Assembly: GCF_051201565.1 (NCBI RefSeq)
Contig: NZ_CP179200.1
Span: 840,001 to 872,000, forward strand
DNA: 32,000 nucleotides
DNA from: Pseudothioglobus sp. nBUS_23
Lineage (GTDB): Bacteria > Pseudomonadota > Gammaproteobacteria > PS1 > Pseudothioglobaceae
Direction: 5' to 3'
Shown: in pieces, positions 14,610-24,400 of the stretch
How the letters are laid out: the number at the start of each line of letters is the position of its first letter
How positions within the stretch are numbered: position 1 is the stretch's first letter
Notes under the pieces: model-generated
What the model saw: the letters and a program-made list of their open reading frames with translations, nothing else
What the model was told of the DNA's origin: nothing
Databases searched by the model: none
Made by a program: the position numbers and the translations under genes

Positions 14610-16489
14610 TAGATAAGCTCTTGAATAAAGTTAAAAAGACCAGAAACCTCGTCCCTTTCTTTTCCAAGGCCGCCCAAAGTGAGACGGTTCAACATTGCAT
14701 TTTGAAAGGTGCAGCTGGTTTCAGCAATTAGTGAACAGCAATGACATGCTGATCTATTTAAACCAGAAAACCCCTGTGAATCTGTCTCTCTGCAAACCGG
14801 ATCTGCTGAGCACCAGATAGCAGATTCATTAAGTTTATCTAAAACCAGATTTATTGCCTCTATTCGAGCTTGATCAACAAGCCCTCCCATTGTGCCTTCA
14901 GCATCTAATTCTGAGGTATAAATCATTATTCCTGCATAGTTTGAATCTGGATCAACAAAGACCCTCTCTCTAAGAGCTGATGAAGAATAACCACTGTTAA
15001 AGGTGAGTTGCCTTATCAATAGATGCGAAAGGGTGTGAGTGAGAATAAATAAGTCAGAGTCAGGAATGTCCAAAAGATAGTTATCATTAAGCTTTTCTAA
15101 TACCTGTTGCTGACCTCTAACTAGCTTAGAAAACTCATCACCATGCTCTTTAAAATATTTTGTAATTGTTGATTTATTCAACTCAAAATAAATACCTTCT
15201 CCAAAAGCCTCTATTGTTGGAAGCCAGTTTCGTTCTTCACTTATGTCGACAGATACGTCAACTAAACCTTGCCCTCTTGTAAATCCAGTTAAAACTCTAA
15301 TTTCTCTTAATCTTCTTATTTTGGCAATATGAGAAAACAGTAGACTAGTAAATTTACTTCCAGTTGCTGTAGATTCAAAAGTAATATCGAAGTTATCTTG
15401 ATGGACATCAATTCGTTTTTTAAAAAAATCTAATTCATCTTTAAGAAGGTTCTCTTGTTTTTTATCAACTTCTTCCTCTGTATCATTAGAATCACCAAAA
15501 TCATTCTCTAATTTTTTCTTTGCTGAATTAATTAAAAATTCAAGTGCTTTTTCATAGCTAATATTGGCCTGACTTGCATACCTCTCTATCTTGGTTTCGT
15601 ATTTATTGTCATCTGACTCAAGGCTCAAAATACATAGATCTAGTCCTATCTCTTCAATAATATCTTCAAGAAGTAAATTGAGCGCCGAAGAGTCAAAATC
15701 ATTACTTTCCTTGGCCTTTAGACTAATATCTATCGCGCTAAGTATCTTAGGCCTATGAATTGATGAACTTCCTCTTGGTTCAAATTTCATGGTTACTTCT
15801 TTGCAAGTTGTGGCAACTTCCATTCTTTTATCCCTAGACATTTTTGGGTGAACCATCCAAGGTTGTGTTCCACAGCATGCTTGATTATTTGCATACACTA
15901 AGTGACCCGGAATAGCCCTATCTTGCAATCGTTTTAAGGAAACACCTGGAGAATCACACGCTCTACATTTGACAATCATCTGATCAAAATCACCACCATG
16001 CTTTCCTGTTGTAGTAAAGAATATTTGGTCGTAGACAGTACAATTTCCAGTATTTGCTTGCTGTTGATTTGAGTGAGCAAATAACCACCAATTAAATTCA
16101 GTTAAATGACCATTATTGCAATAGGCTATGAATCGCATTGGAGAAAGCTTGGATTTACTTTTACAATTTCCGCACCTTGGCTCACCATGCTTTTCAAGAA
16201 GAGCTTTATCTAAAAGCTGAAGACTGCTACATTTTGAGCAATGATGCCATTGAGGAAAGCGACTAACCGTTAAAGATTCCTCTGGATTTTCAAAACTAGA
16301 GAAACTTCTAAGTTCTTTTTTGAACCCCAAGAGTTTATTTAGTCTTTCTAGCTCGACTATTTGAGATGGTCTCCTCCATTTTGAAATATCATTAACAACA
16401 AATGACTCTCCATCAATATCAATAATTGCACCAACACCAAAGGGTTGAATAGTTTGAGCCCTTCGCATTTTTTTTAGATTGTCAATCAT
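14609..16489 (-). CDS. DrmB-like DUF1998 (MrfA-type zinc-binding) protein
   Basis: The C-terminus WCSADPVCRE...ACHCCSLIAETSCTFQNAMLNR fits the DUF1998 four-Cys plus N..L.R signature. The N-terminus RRAQTIQPFGVGAIIDIDGESFVV is DrmB-like. Additional CxxC pairs are present (CSKCSS...CGNCKS). Confidence 0.8.
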   Translation of the reverse strand: MIDNLKKMRRAQTIQPFGVGAIIDIDGESFVVNDISKWRRPSQIVELERLNKLLGFKKELRSFSSFENPEESLTVSRFPQWHHCSKCSSLQLLDKALLEKHGEPRCGNCKSKSKLSPMRFIAYCNNGHLTEFNWWLFAHSNQQQANTGNCTVYDQIFFTTTGKHGGDFDQMIVKCRACDSPGVSLKRLQDRAIPGHLVYANNQACCGTQPWMVHPKMSRDKRMEVATTCKEVTMKFEPRGSSSIHRPKILSAIDISLKAKESNDFDSSALNLLLEDIIEEIGLDLCILSLESDDNKYETKIERYASQANISYEKALEFLINSAKKKLENDFGDSNDTEEEVDKKQENLLKDELDFFKKRIDVHQDNFDITFESTATGSKFTSLLFSHIAKIRRLREIRVLTGFTRGQGLVDVSVDISEERNWLPTIEAFGEGIYFELNKSTITKYFKEHGDEFSKLVRGQQQVLEKLNDNYLLDIPDSDLFILTHTLSHLLIRQLTFNSGYSSSALRERVFVDPDSNYAGIMIYTSELDAEGTMGGLVDQARIEAINLVLDKLNESAIWCSADPVCRETDSQGFSGLNRSACHCCSLIAETSCTFQNAMLNRLTLGGLGKERDEVSGLFNFIQELI

Positions 16490-19400
16490 TCGACCCTCAC
16501 TTGAACTTCAGAGTCAACATTCCTCATAGAATGCATTGTTCTAAATCCTGAACTATTGTCATTTTTTTGATTAAAGTTTATTAACAGTGAATGCATAGAT
16601 TTGTCTTTGCCAGCATTATAATAAAGTCTCTGTTTGGTCCAATCTGTCCAATTATTCAGGACTTTCTTTATATGCTTTTCAATTATTGATCTTTCATAAT
16701 TGTATTTATTTTCATCATATATGTTTACTAGACGTTTTTTAAAGTCTGATAATAAAGGTTCAATTTCTTCATGACCTTTGCTAAATAATCCAGCAGAATT
16801 GTTATCTTTCATATGACTAACACCATGCCTAATGAGGATTACTAAGCTAGCATGTAGAGCTCTTTCAAGTGCTGGGGCACTGCCAGGGGTGACACTAGTT
16901 GGCTCAACAAGTTGATAGAGTTTTTGATGGTAGGCTTTAAATTGTTCATAATGGCTTCGATCTCTTGGCTTCGCAGGAGAATATAAAGCAATTATCAGTC
17001 CTGGGCCAATATTATCAGGGCTTCTTCCAACTCGACTGCTTGCTTGAATATATTCAGAAGTTGTTTTGGGCTGACCATTAATAATCATAGAGCCTAGTCT
17101 GTCTATATCAATACCAACTGAAATCATATTTGTAGCAGGAACAAAGTCAATGACTGATGAGTCATTATTTGTAGTTCTCAAAGCATCACTTGTTTCTGAA
17201 ATTGATTTTGTTATGTTGGCACTTATTTCCTCTTTATTTAGAGGTTGAATTTCATCACGATCCTGATTTTGAGCATCACAGCAAACTTTCATTCTATCTA
17301 AGATTTCTTGATTTACTGAGCTATTAATTAAACCTAACTCTCTTAAACTATTGCAATAGCAAAGTGTAGTCCATAAAAAATCTAATGCCTCTTTTGAATC
17401 ATCTTTTTCTGCGATATATCTGACTGATTGAAGAAAAGCTCCACTCACTGCGTGCGCAGCACTTGTTGATCTAAAGGCTTGGGGCATAATTCCAAGATAG
17501 AGTCTTCCATTACTTGGATTGGCATCAGTATTAGCAAAGAAAGAATTTTTAATTCTAAGACCCCTTGGTGGAAATATTTTGGACTCCCTTCCAAGGAGCC
17601 TCTGAAGCTGTGTTTTGGAGTCTCTAACGGTAGCACTTGAGGCAATATATTTTGGACCAGTGTCAGCAAGATTGTGATCTCTCTGAGCTTTTCTTATTAA
17701 GGAATCAAAACCTGCCTCATAGATAGCACTTATTGTGCCCAATGGTCCTGAAATTAAATGTATTTCATCTTGGATTATTAGCGTAGGTGGAATAGTATTT
17801 TGCTTAGATTTTGGTCTAATGCCAAAAATACCACCCGGCTCAGGTTTCCATGCAACCTCAGCAAATTTATCAATAGTTCCTAAAAGGAAGGAGGGTGGCG
17901 CTTTATATATTTCTTCATCAACAGTTTTAACAGGGATATTAATTTTGTTAAAGGTACATTTCAAATTTTGACATCGATAAATGACAGCATTATTTGTAAC
18001 TCTAATACCAAGACCAGGGTAAAAACCATCTACATCTTTTTCGATATTGCTGGGTATTATGCTCGTTCCACAGCATGGACATTCTGTTACATGAAACAAA
18101 TGAGTTGTTACATTGTCAACCAGTTGATTAAAGCCTTCTCTAGCATCCTCAATTCGATTATAAGAAACTTTGCTTCCAACAAATAGACCAATACTAAATT
18201 GTTCATCACCTAATAAATCTTCGTTCTCTAGTCGGACTTTTTCTAATGCGCATCCAAGCGAAGTTGTTCGTGAAAATTGATCTGAGGTTAAAAAACGGAG
18301 TGTATATCGTGTCAACACTCCAGTGCCATATCCTATTTCAGGAGTGCCATATCTTGTCCTTCTTCTAATCAGCTCATAGCAAGCTAGAAAAAGATATGCT
18401 TCTGTCTTACCTCCACCGGTACTAAACCAAATTAAATCTGCAATTTCTCTATTTTCTTTACCTTCTTCTTCAAAGTCTAAAAAGCACATTAAAAAGAAGG
18501 CTAACTGAAATGGCCTCCATCTTGGGCTATCTTCTGAGTTTATTTGGTCAAGATCAAGAGAGTTATCAATATTTTCATTCCAATCAATTGGCCATGGCTT
18601 ATTTTCTTTTTCTCTTACTGATCGTAAATCTCTATTTTTTTTGGTTTGGAGCATTTGAATAAGCATTGCTCTATTAGACAATCTAAAAGCTTCCCAAAAG
18701 TTATCATTATTCTCAAGAGCCTTTATGCCCTTACGCATTCTCTGAGAACACTCTTTCATTTCATTAACAAGGTGTTTTTGAGCATTTTTAAAACTTTTTT
18801 GTGGTAAGTTTGATTCACTATCAATCCATTGCTCATAAAATTGACATAGCTCATAAAACCCTGAGATTAATTTATCTTTATCAAATTTATTGTCAGCTAG
18901 ATTTGCAATATTGAATATATATGAGTTTTCAAAAGTTGAGCCATCAGACCCCTTTAAGGTGTCAAATATTGGTCTATAAACTGTTTCAAAAGGTATATAC
19001 GAGATTTCTACTTGATTAATTAATCCATTATCCTCATGCCAATCAACAGAGGCACCATGCCCAATGGCATAAATAGGATTGTCACTATATTGTAGAGACA
19101 GGATATTCTCTTCCATATCATTTAGCTCAACTTTGTTAAAGTCGTAGGGTTTGATATGATTTTCAGAACTAGTGCATTTTAGATTTACTTGATACAAGCG
19201 TTTTTCAACATTTTTAATACTTCTTTGACTCTTGTCATTTTTATTTAACTCATTCACAAGAGTTACCGTAACAATTTCACAATCCTTACGATCTTTTGAG
19301 TTTCTTCTGAAAATATGTACTTTGGCTTTATATTCTTCACCATCATGAAAAATATCCTGATTTTTCTTAATTGAATTAGCTTTAATGACTGAATCTTCTA

Positions 19401-19800
19401 GGGGAATTCTTCTATAGCCAACTGGCGAATCTTCACTTTTAGCTTGATATTTATATCTTGCAGCAGAACAATGAATGGTGAAATCGGCTCCTTTTTTTAT
19501 TACAAAGGTAATACCAACTGAAGAAGGGAGCTCTTCATTAGCCATGGACAAGGGATTATCGGAATCTCCACTAAAATCCTCTCTTGTTTTGCCTTCAATT
19601 GATCCATCCTCTTCACTAAATGATTCATCATCTGAAGAAAGATCAGCTCTTTTTTCACCCTGCGGAAATAAGATGCCAGTAAGGTATCTTAAAGTTAAGC
19701 CTCTATTGCCCTCTATAAACTCATCATTTCCACCTCGAGGGCCAAAAACTAGTGATTTAAACTCATCTGCTACTTGTTGTCTAAGTTCAGATTTATGCAT
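16486..19800 (-). CDS. DrmA-like SF2 (DExH) helicase, 1104 aa
   Basis: Motif I WFSTGGGKTEAYLF (about nt 18423), motif II IIQDEIHLISGPLGT (about nt 17772), motif III SSAT, and motifs V/VI MISVGIDIDRL...YIQASSRVGR. A Cys4 insertion (CPCCGTS...YRCQNLKC) lies between motifs I and II. The N-terminal region of about 450 aa has no assignment. Confidence 0.85.
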   Translation of the reverse strand: MHKSELRQQVADEFKSLVFGPRGGNDEFIEGNRGLTLRYLTGILFPQGEKRADLSSDDESFSEEDGSIEGKTREDFSGDSDNPLSMANEELPSSVGITFVIKKGADFTIHCSAARYKYQAKSEDSPVGYRRIPLEDSVIKANSIKKNQDIFHDGEEYKAKVHIFRRNSKDRKDCEIVTVTLVNELNKNDKSQRSIKNVEKRLYQVNLKCTSSENHIKPYDFNKVELNDMEENILSLQYSDNPIYAIGHGASVDWHEDNGLINQVEISYIPFETVYRPIFDTLKGSDGSTFENSYIFNIANLADNKFDKDKLISGFYELCQFYEQWIDSESNLPQKSFKNAQKHLVNEMKECSQRMRKGIKALENNDNFWEAFRLSNRAMLIQMLQTKKNRDLRSVREKENKPWPIDWNENIDNSLDLDQINSEDSPRWRPFQLAFFLMCFLDFEEEGKENREIADLIWFSTGGGKTEAYLFLACYELIRRRTRYGTPEIGYGTGVLTRYTLRFLTSDQFSRTTSLGCALEKVRLENEDLLGDEQFSIGLFVGSKVSYNRIEDAREGFNQLVDNVTTHLFHVTECPCCGTSIIPSNIEKDVDGFYPGLGIRVTNNAVIYRCQNLKCTFNKINIPVKTVDEEIYKAPPSFLLGTIDKFAEVAWKPEPGGIFGIRPKSKQNTIPPTLIIQDEIHLISGPLGTISAIYEAGFDSLIRKAQRDHNLADTGPKYIASSATVRDSKTQLQRLLGRESKIFPPRGLRIKNSFFANTDANPSNGRLYLGIMPQAFRSTSAAHAVSGAFLQSVRYIAEKDDSKEALDFLWTTLCYCNSLRELGLINSSVNQEILDRMKVCCDAQNQDRDEIQPLNKEEISANITKSISETSDALRTTNNDSSVIDFVPATNMISVGIDIDRLGSMIINGQPKTTSEYIQASSRVGRSPDNIGPGLIIALYSPAKPRDRSHYEQFKAYHQKLYQLVEPTSVTPGSAPALERALHASLVILIRHGVSHMKDNNSAGLFSKGHEEIEPLLSDFKKRLVNIYDENKYNYERSIIEKHIKKVLNNWTDWTKQRLYYNAGKDKSMHSLLINFNQKNDNSSGFRTMHSMRNVDSEVQVRVE

Positions 19801-21352
19801 TCAATAGCTCCAATAAATATTTTTTAACTTGATCATTCTCAACAATATAACAAATACCTGTTGATCGTGAAACTGATTTGTAATATTGATCACGAAAAAC
19901 CTCAACATTAGAAACCTCACCCAGCCCAATAATAAAGACATAGTTTGATTCCATTCCTTTAAATTCATCAATTTGAGCAATCGTACAGCCTTCTTTTTGA
20001 AGCCTTGAAATATAATTAATTTTGTCTAGATTCTCTTTTTTTGAATAAAGAATTGTTGATTGACTAATATCAATAATGTCACCATTGGTAATGATATTCT
20101 CCAAAGCATCATTGTCAATTCGTCTCACTTCAGGTCCAGCTCCCTTAGCAGTTGTTCTGCCAACTCTTGCTTTAGAAATAGTTTCTAAGGCTTTAACAAT
20201 ATTAGGAGTATTTCTAACGTTAATATCAAGAGGAATCAGTGAATTATTTCCTGTACATGTTTTGATATAATCAAGATGGGAACTATCAAAGGAAGAGTTG
20301 TTGTCAAACTGGTTTTCAAAATCTCCAAACCACCTCCAACGACCATTTTCAAGTCCATCTTTTAAGACTTTATCTATGAGATCAATGCCATCATTATTGC
20401 ACCAGTCCTGACCTTCATCTATTAAGACAACATCAAATGAATCATCTTTAATAGCTGATAAGCTTTCTAAATTGTGACACTCAATAGATGAATCAAAAGA
20501 AACCTCTTGCTTTAAAAAATTGATTAATCTATTGGGCTTTGTAATGATTGCAATCTTTTTATTGTTAGTAGATTCAAATTTAGCACCATAAAGCAATAAA
20601 AATGTTTTACCTGTGCCGGCACCACCATCTATTAAAAGCCTATCAAGACTTGAGAACATATCAATAACTTGGTATTGACCCTCAGTCATTGATTTTTGTT
20701 CTTTATTTAAATTTGAAATAACACTTTGTTGATCAACATATGACTTATCCCAATCTGGTCTTAAAAGAATGGAAGCTTGATTTACTTGCTCATCTGATAA
20801 GGTTGAAGCTGGCTTGTTTGGAAAGTCATTTGCAATAAAGTGATCGATTGCAATATTCAAGTATTCTTTAAATATCACTGGTGTTATAAGGTTTTCCTCA
20901 TAGAGACAGTACTCATCCTGCATCTCAGGCCAATCATTAATTACTCTATTGTTACTGCATAAAATAGCTACTTTAACAAAAGGGATCTTAAAAAAAGATC
21001 GATCGTTAAACCATTTTTTCCTTAGTGTTTCGACTGCATCGCTAGCCTGTACTAAAGGAGATTTTTTCTTTTTATATCTTTCTTTTTTGCAACTTTTATC
21101 AGTATAAATCCTGTAATAACCCTCAATATATCTGACAGGGCCTGCTTTGACTTCAATACCAATAATCCCTCTTTTTGTGATTACAAGAAAATCAATTTCA
21201 GACCACCCTTGTCGTCTCCCTCCTGGGATATTTAATGAATGCATTGCAACATCGCATGAACTTAAATTGATCTCTTCAAGAAGGTCCATTACTCTCTTTT
21301 CACCATTATTCTCTATCTCATGGTTCCAGATTTGAGGGGGAATTGTTCTCAT
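19793..21352 (-). CDS. NERD-domain nuclease fused to an SF1 helicase-like ATPase
   Basis: The N-terminus GEKRVMDLLEE...GWSEIDFLVITKRGIIGIEVKAG fits the NERD (PD-(D/E)xK-type) pattern. It is followed by Walker A DGGAGTGKT, Walker B VVLIDEGQDW, NVRNT and FKGMESNYVFIIGL. Confidence 0.85.
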   Translation of the reverse strand: MRTIPPQIWNHEIENNGEKRVMDLLEEINLSSCDVAMHSLNIPGGRRQGWSEIDFLVITKRGIIGIEVKAGPVRYIEGYYRIYTDKSCKKERYKKKKSPLVQASDAVETLRKKWFNDRSFFKIPFVKVAILCSNNRVINDWPEMQDEYCLYEENLITPVIFKEYLNIAIDHFIANDFPNKPASTLSDEQVNQASILLRPDWDKSYVDQQSVISNLNKEQKSMTEGQYQVIDMFSSLDRLLIDGGAGTGKTFLLLYGAKFESTNNKKIAIITKPNRLINFLKQEVSFDSSIECHNLESLSAIKDDSFDVVLIDEGQDWCNNDGIDLIDKVLKDGLENGRWRWFGDFENQFDNNSSFDSSHLDYIKTCTGNNSLIPLDINVRNTPNIVKALETISKARVGRTTAKGAGPEVRRIDNDALENIITNGDIIDISQSTILYSKKENLDKINYISRLQKEGCTIAQIDEFKGMESNYVFIIGLGEVSNVEVFRDQYYKSVSRSTGICYIVENDQVKKYLLELLNA

Positions 21353-21381
21353 GAAAATGCACTAAAAGTCTTATAGTACAA

Positions 21382-21409
21382 ATTGTAGAGCATTTTGGAT
21401 CTAAATCAA
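21382..21409 (-). promoter_or_regulatory. candidate sigma70 promoter for the helicase operon
   Basis: On the minus strand: TTGATT (21409-21404), 16 bp, TACAAT (21387-21382), about 30 nt upstream of the ATG at 21352. Confidence 0.3.
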
Positions 21410-21432
21410 TATAAATTAAGTACAATTCTGCT

Positions 21433-24400
21433 ATGAAGAAATCATTTATTTTATTTTTCTTTTTAAGTTTTTTTAACTCTGCTCATGCTCAGAGCTGTAT
21501 TCAATTTGCTGAGGACCTTGGATTTAACACGTGGAATAATCAAGGAATCTGTCTTGGTGTTAGCAGGGAGGTTAACCATAAGTGTTATTCCTATGAGGCA
21601 AATAAGAGAAAACTTGATTGCAGTATTCCATCCTCTGATGGATGGTCTTGTAAAAAGGGATATGTAAAAAAAGGACAAAAGTGTGAAGCCGATACATATG
21701 TTCCTAAAAATGCTTTCAAGACAGCATCTGGTTGGAGTTGTAATTTCAACTATATAAAAAATAGTTCAGGAAATGCTTGCAAATCACTCCCTTCAAATTC
21801 ATATAAAACTTCTGAAAGTTCATTCCGTTGTAATTATGGTTATGAAAAAAATATATCTGGATCAGGATGCATATTAAAGAAAACAAAGCAGCAAAAGACC
21901 AAGCCTGATAACTCATACTTTACCAACCTTACTGCTAAAGGATGGAAATGCAGAGGAGGATATGTTCAAGATAACAATAATTGTGTGCTTGAGGCTGATT
22001 TCATTCCTGATCATGCAATTTCTTTTGGAAATTCTTGGGTCTGCGGTTCAAATTACACACTTAACGAAACAGGAAATGGCTGTCAAAAAGTACCTTTAAA
22101 TGGTTATTCCTCTAGATATAGTAATTCTTGGGACTGCAAGGCAAATTATCAAAAAAGTGGTGATAGATGTATTCTGAAAACACCAAAGTTAAAAGCGCCT
22201 AACAATGCTACTGTTTTTGGCAATACTTGGCGTTGTGATTTTAACTACCGTTTAACTATTGCTAAAAATGGTTGTGAAAAAGTTCCATCAAATGCATATT
22301 CAACAGCTGGATCGAATGGATGGGGTTGTATATCTGGTTATGAAAAATATGGAAGAATTTGTAAAGAAAGAGTTGTTAAGAGGTCTTCTGAAAAAGAGTC
22401 GGTAAATGAAAATGAGTCTGTCAATGTATTTATAGAAATTGCTGCAGCCATTATGCTAGTTTATTTTCTTTTGAAAATTTTTACCAAGAAAGCTCCACCA
22501 TCATCATCAAAGCCTAAGGCGCCTAAGACAGAAAAACCTAAGACTGCAACGACAGAAAAACCTAGGAGCTTTGTTGTAAAAGAACCTAAACTAAAAAAAG
22601 AAAATAAGACAGAAAAACCTAAGACTGCAACGACTGAAAAACCTAGGAGCTTTGTTGTAAAAGAACCTAAACTAAAAAAAGAAAATAAGACAGAAAAACC
22701 TAAGACTGCAACGACTGAAAAACCTAGGAGCTTTGTTGTAAAAGAACCTAAACTAAAAAAAGAAAATAAGACAGAAAAACCTAAGACTGCAACGACTGAA
22801 AAACCTAGGAGCTTTGTTGTAAAAGAACCTAAACTAAAAAAAGAAAATAAGACTGCCAAAACTAAATCACGAGCGCCACAAAAGTTCTATGCTAAAAACA
22901 GCCTATCTCTAGGAGATATAGAAACTCAAAAGAAAAAAATTAATTGGAAGAATACGCTTGATGGCATATCAAAAATTAATAACAGTAGTGTAGGTTATCT
23001 AATCCCCACAAAAACAGGACTCACAAAGGGAATTTTTGATGCAACAAAAGAATTGAGAGAATTTTTATTTGAAAATAATATTCATGATTATGAGAATTAT
23101 CCTTTTGGAGAAAAGAAGCGAATTCCAGTTCAATTAGTTACAGAGAAAGGTATTTTCTCAACTTCTATAACTTTATATAGGCCAAACAATAAAAAGCCGT
23201 TTCCTAGGTTGTCGATTTCGGGCATTAATAAGTTCGTTGAGCCAAAAGACTTACTAGTATTTAAAGTTATTGATAATGTCTTATATATCATTAATAATGC
23301 ACATGATGGCACCTATGACTATGCCCATTTACACCTTAAATATGTATTAAATTTCAATAAATTGCTGTCAGAAGACAAGCTCAGCTTTGAACAAAATAAA
23401 CTTTACTCGAGAAAAGATATTGGATTAATTTGTCTTCCTAAAACTGGAAGGCCCAAAGGTGGTATGTGGGATACTGGCTATGTTAGGGTTAAAAATAATC
23501 TCATTATATTTATGAATATTGGCGTTCCGGGACGCACTGAACACGATTTCAACAATAGCGTCAACGAGAGAAGTAAAACAATTATGTGGTATGGAAAACC
23601 AAACTCGCATTCTTTTCAGCCAACAATCGGTAAATTAATTTCTGGCGAATTAACCCCTTACTTTTTTGCAAGATGGGACAGTAGTAATGTCAATTTCAAA
23701 TTTCTCGGTATCGGAAAAATTGAATACTGGAGAGATGGAACTCCTACAGTAACAGGAAGTGGTGATAAGGCTGAAACAATTGAAATTAAATTAACTTATC
23801 AATCAGTTGATGATAAGAAATTAATTACTGAACCTAAGTCTCTTAATTTAATTTGGTCAGATAAACAGCCAAAAGTAGAGCCTAAGGTTAATTCAAAAGT
23901 AGAGCCTAAGGTTAAGCCAAAAGTAGAACCTAAGGTAGAAACTAAAAATCAATCTACTAAGAAGGCGCAAAAAAATAAAGAAAGTGACTCAGAAAAATTT
24001 ACTATACTAAACTTTGATCAATTCTCAGATAAATATTCAAAACTAGTATCCAGTGGTGTTGAGTCCATAGATGCCCCAACTATCTTAGGATTAATGACCT
24101 CAGATTTATATGAGGGATTAGTTAAAGAAAAACTTAAGAATAATATTAATCAAAATCTTTTATCGAAAGAGTTAATAGGTCTAGAGAAAAAGGCAATTAA
24201 GAGCTATTCTGAGAATATTGACTTTAAGCTTCAGAAAAAAATAATTCAGAGTAAAGAGAATCCTTTATTTGTCGCGTCGATATATTCTTCTGATGAAGAG
24301 CTTAATAATCTTTCTAGTGTAATTTGTAATGAGGAAGCATACTTACTGGCCCAAATAGGCATGCAGCCATCTGATGAAATATATGCTATTTTGCAGCATC

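Larger units (their letters stand above)
587..21352. mobile_element. tRNA-Ser-associated integrative genomic island (left end at the tRNA; right end not identified, so the span given is a minimum)
   Basis: A P4-type integrase lies immediately 3' of the tRNA, with an AlpA-type regulator and defence-type cargo further in. Hand counts of single 60-nt lines gave about 27-37% GC in the helicase operon against 42-45% in metG. No direct repeat of the tRNA 3' end was found in the window. Confidence 0.6.

Noticed and set aside
17445-18186. Track ORFs of 72-78 aa on both strands inside the DrmA-like helicase gene, with similar ones at 12860-13123, 14214-14426, 14489-14731, 19475-19807, 20076-20270 and 21147-21335
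   Set aside because: These are shadow ORFs in AT-rich coding sequence. They have no SD, they are fully contained in long genes with clear helicase motifs, and their composition is low-complexity.
22461-22859. 132-aa minus-strand ORF with a striking internal repeat (LGFSVVAVLGFSVLFSFFSLGSFTTKL x4)
   Set aside because: It is the reverse-complement reading of the 81-bp tandem repeat inside the well-supported plus-strand 1036-aa gene. It has no independent start context.
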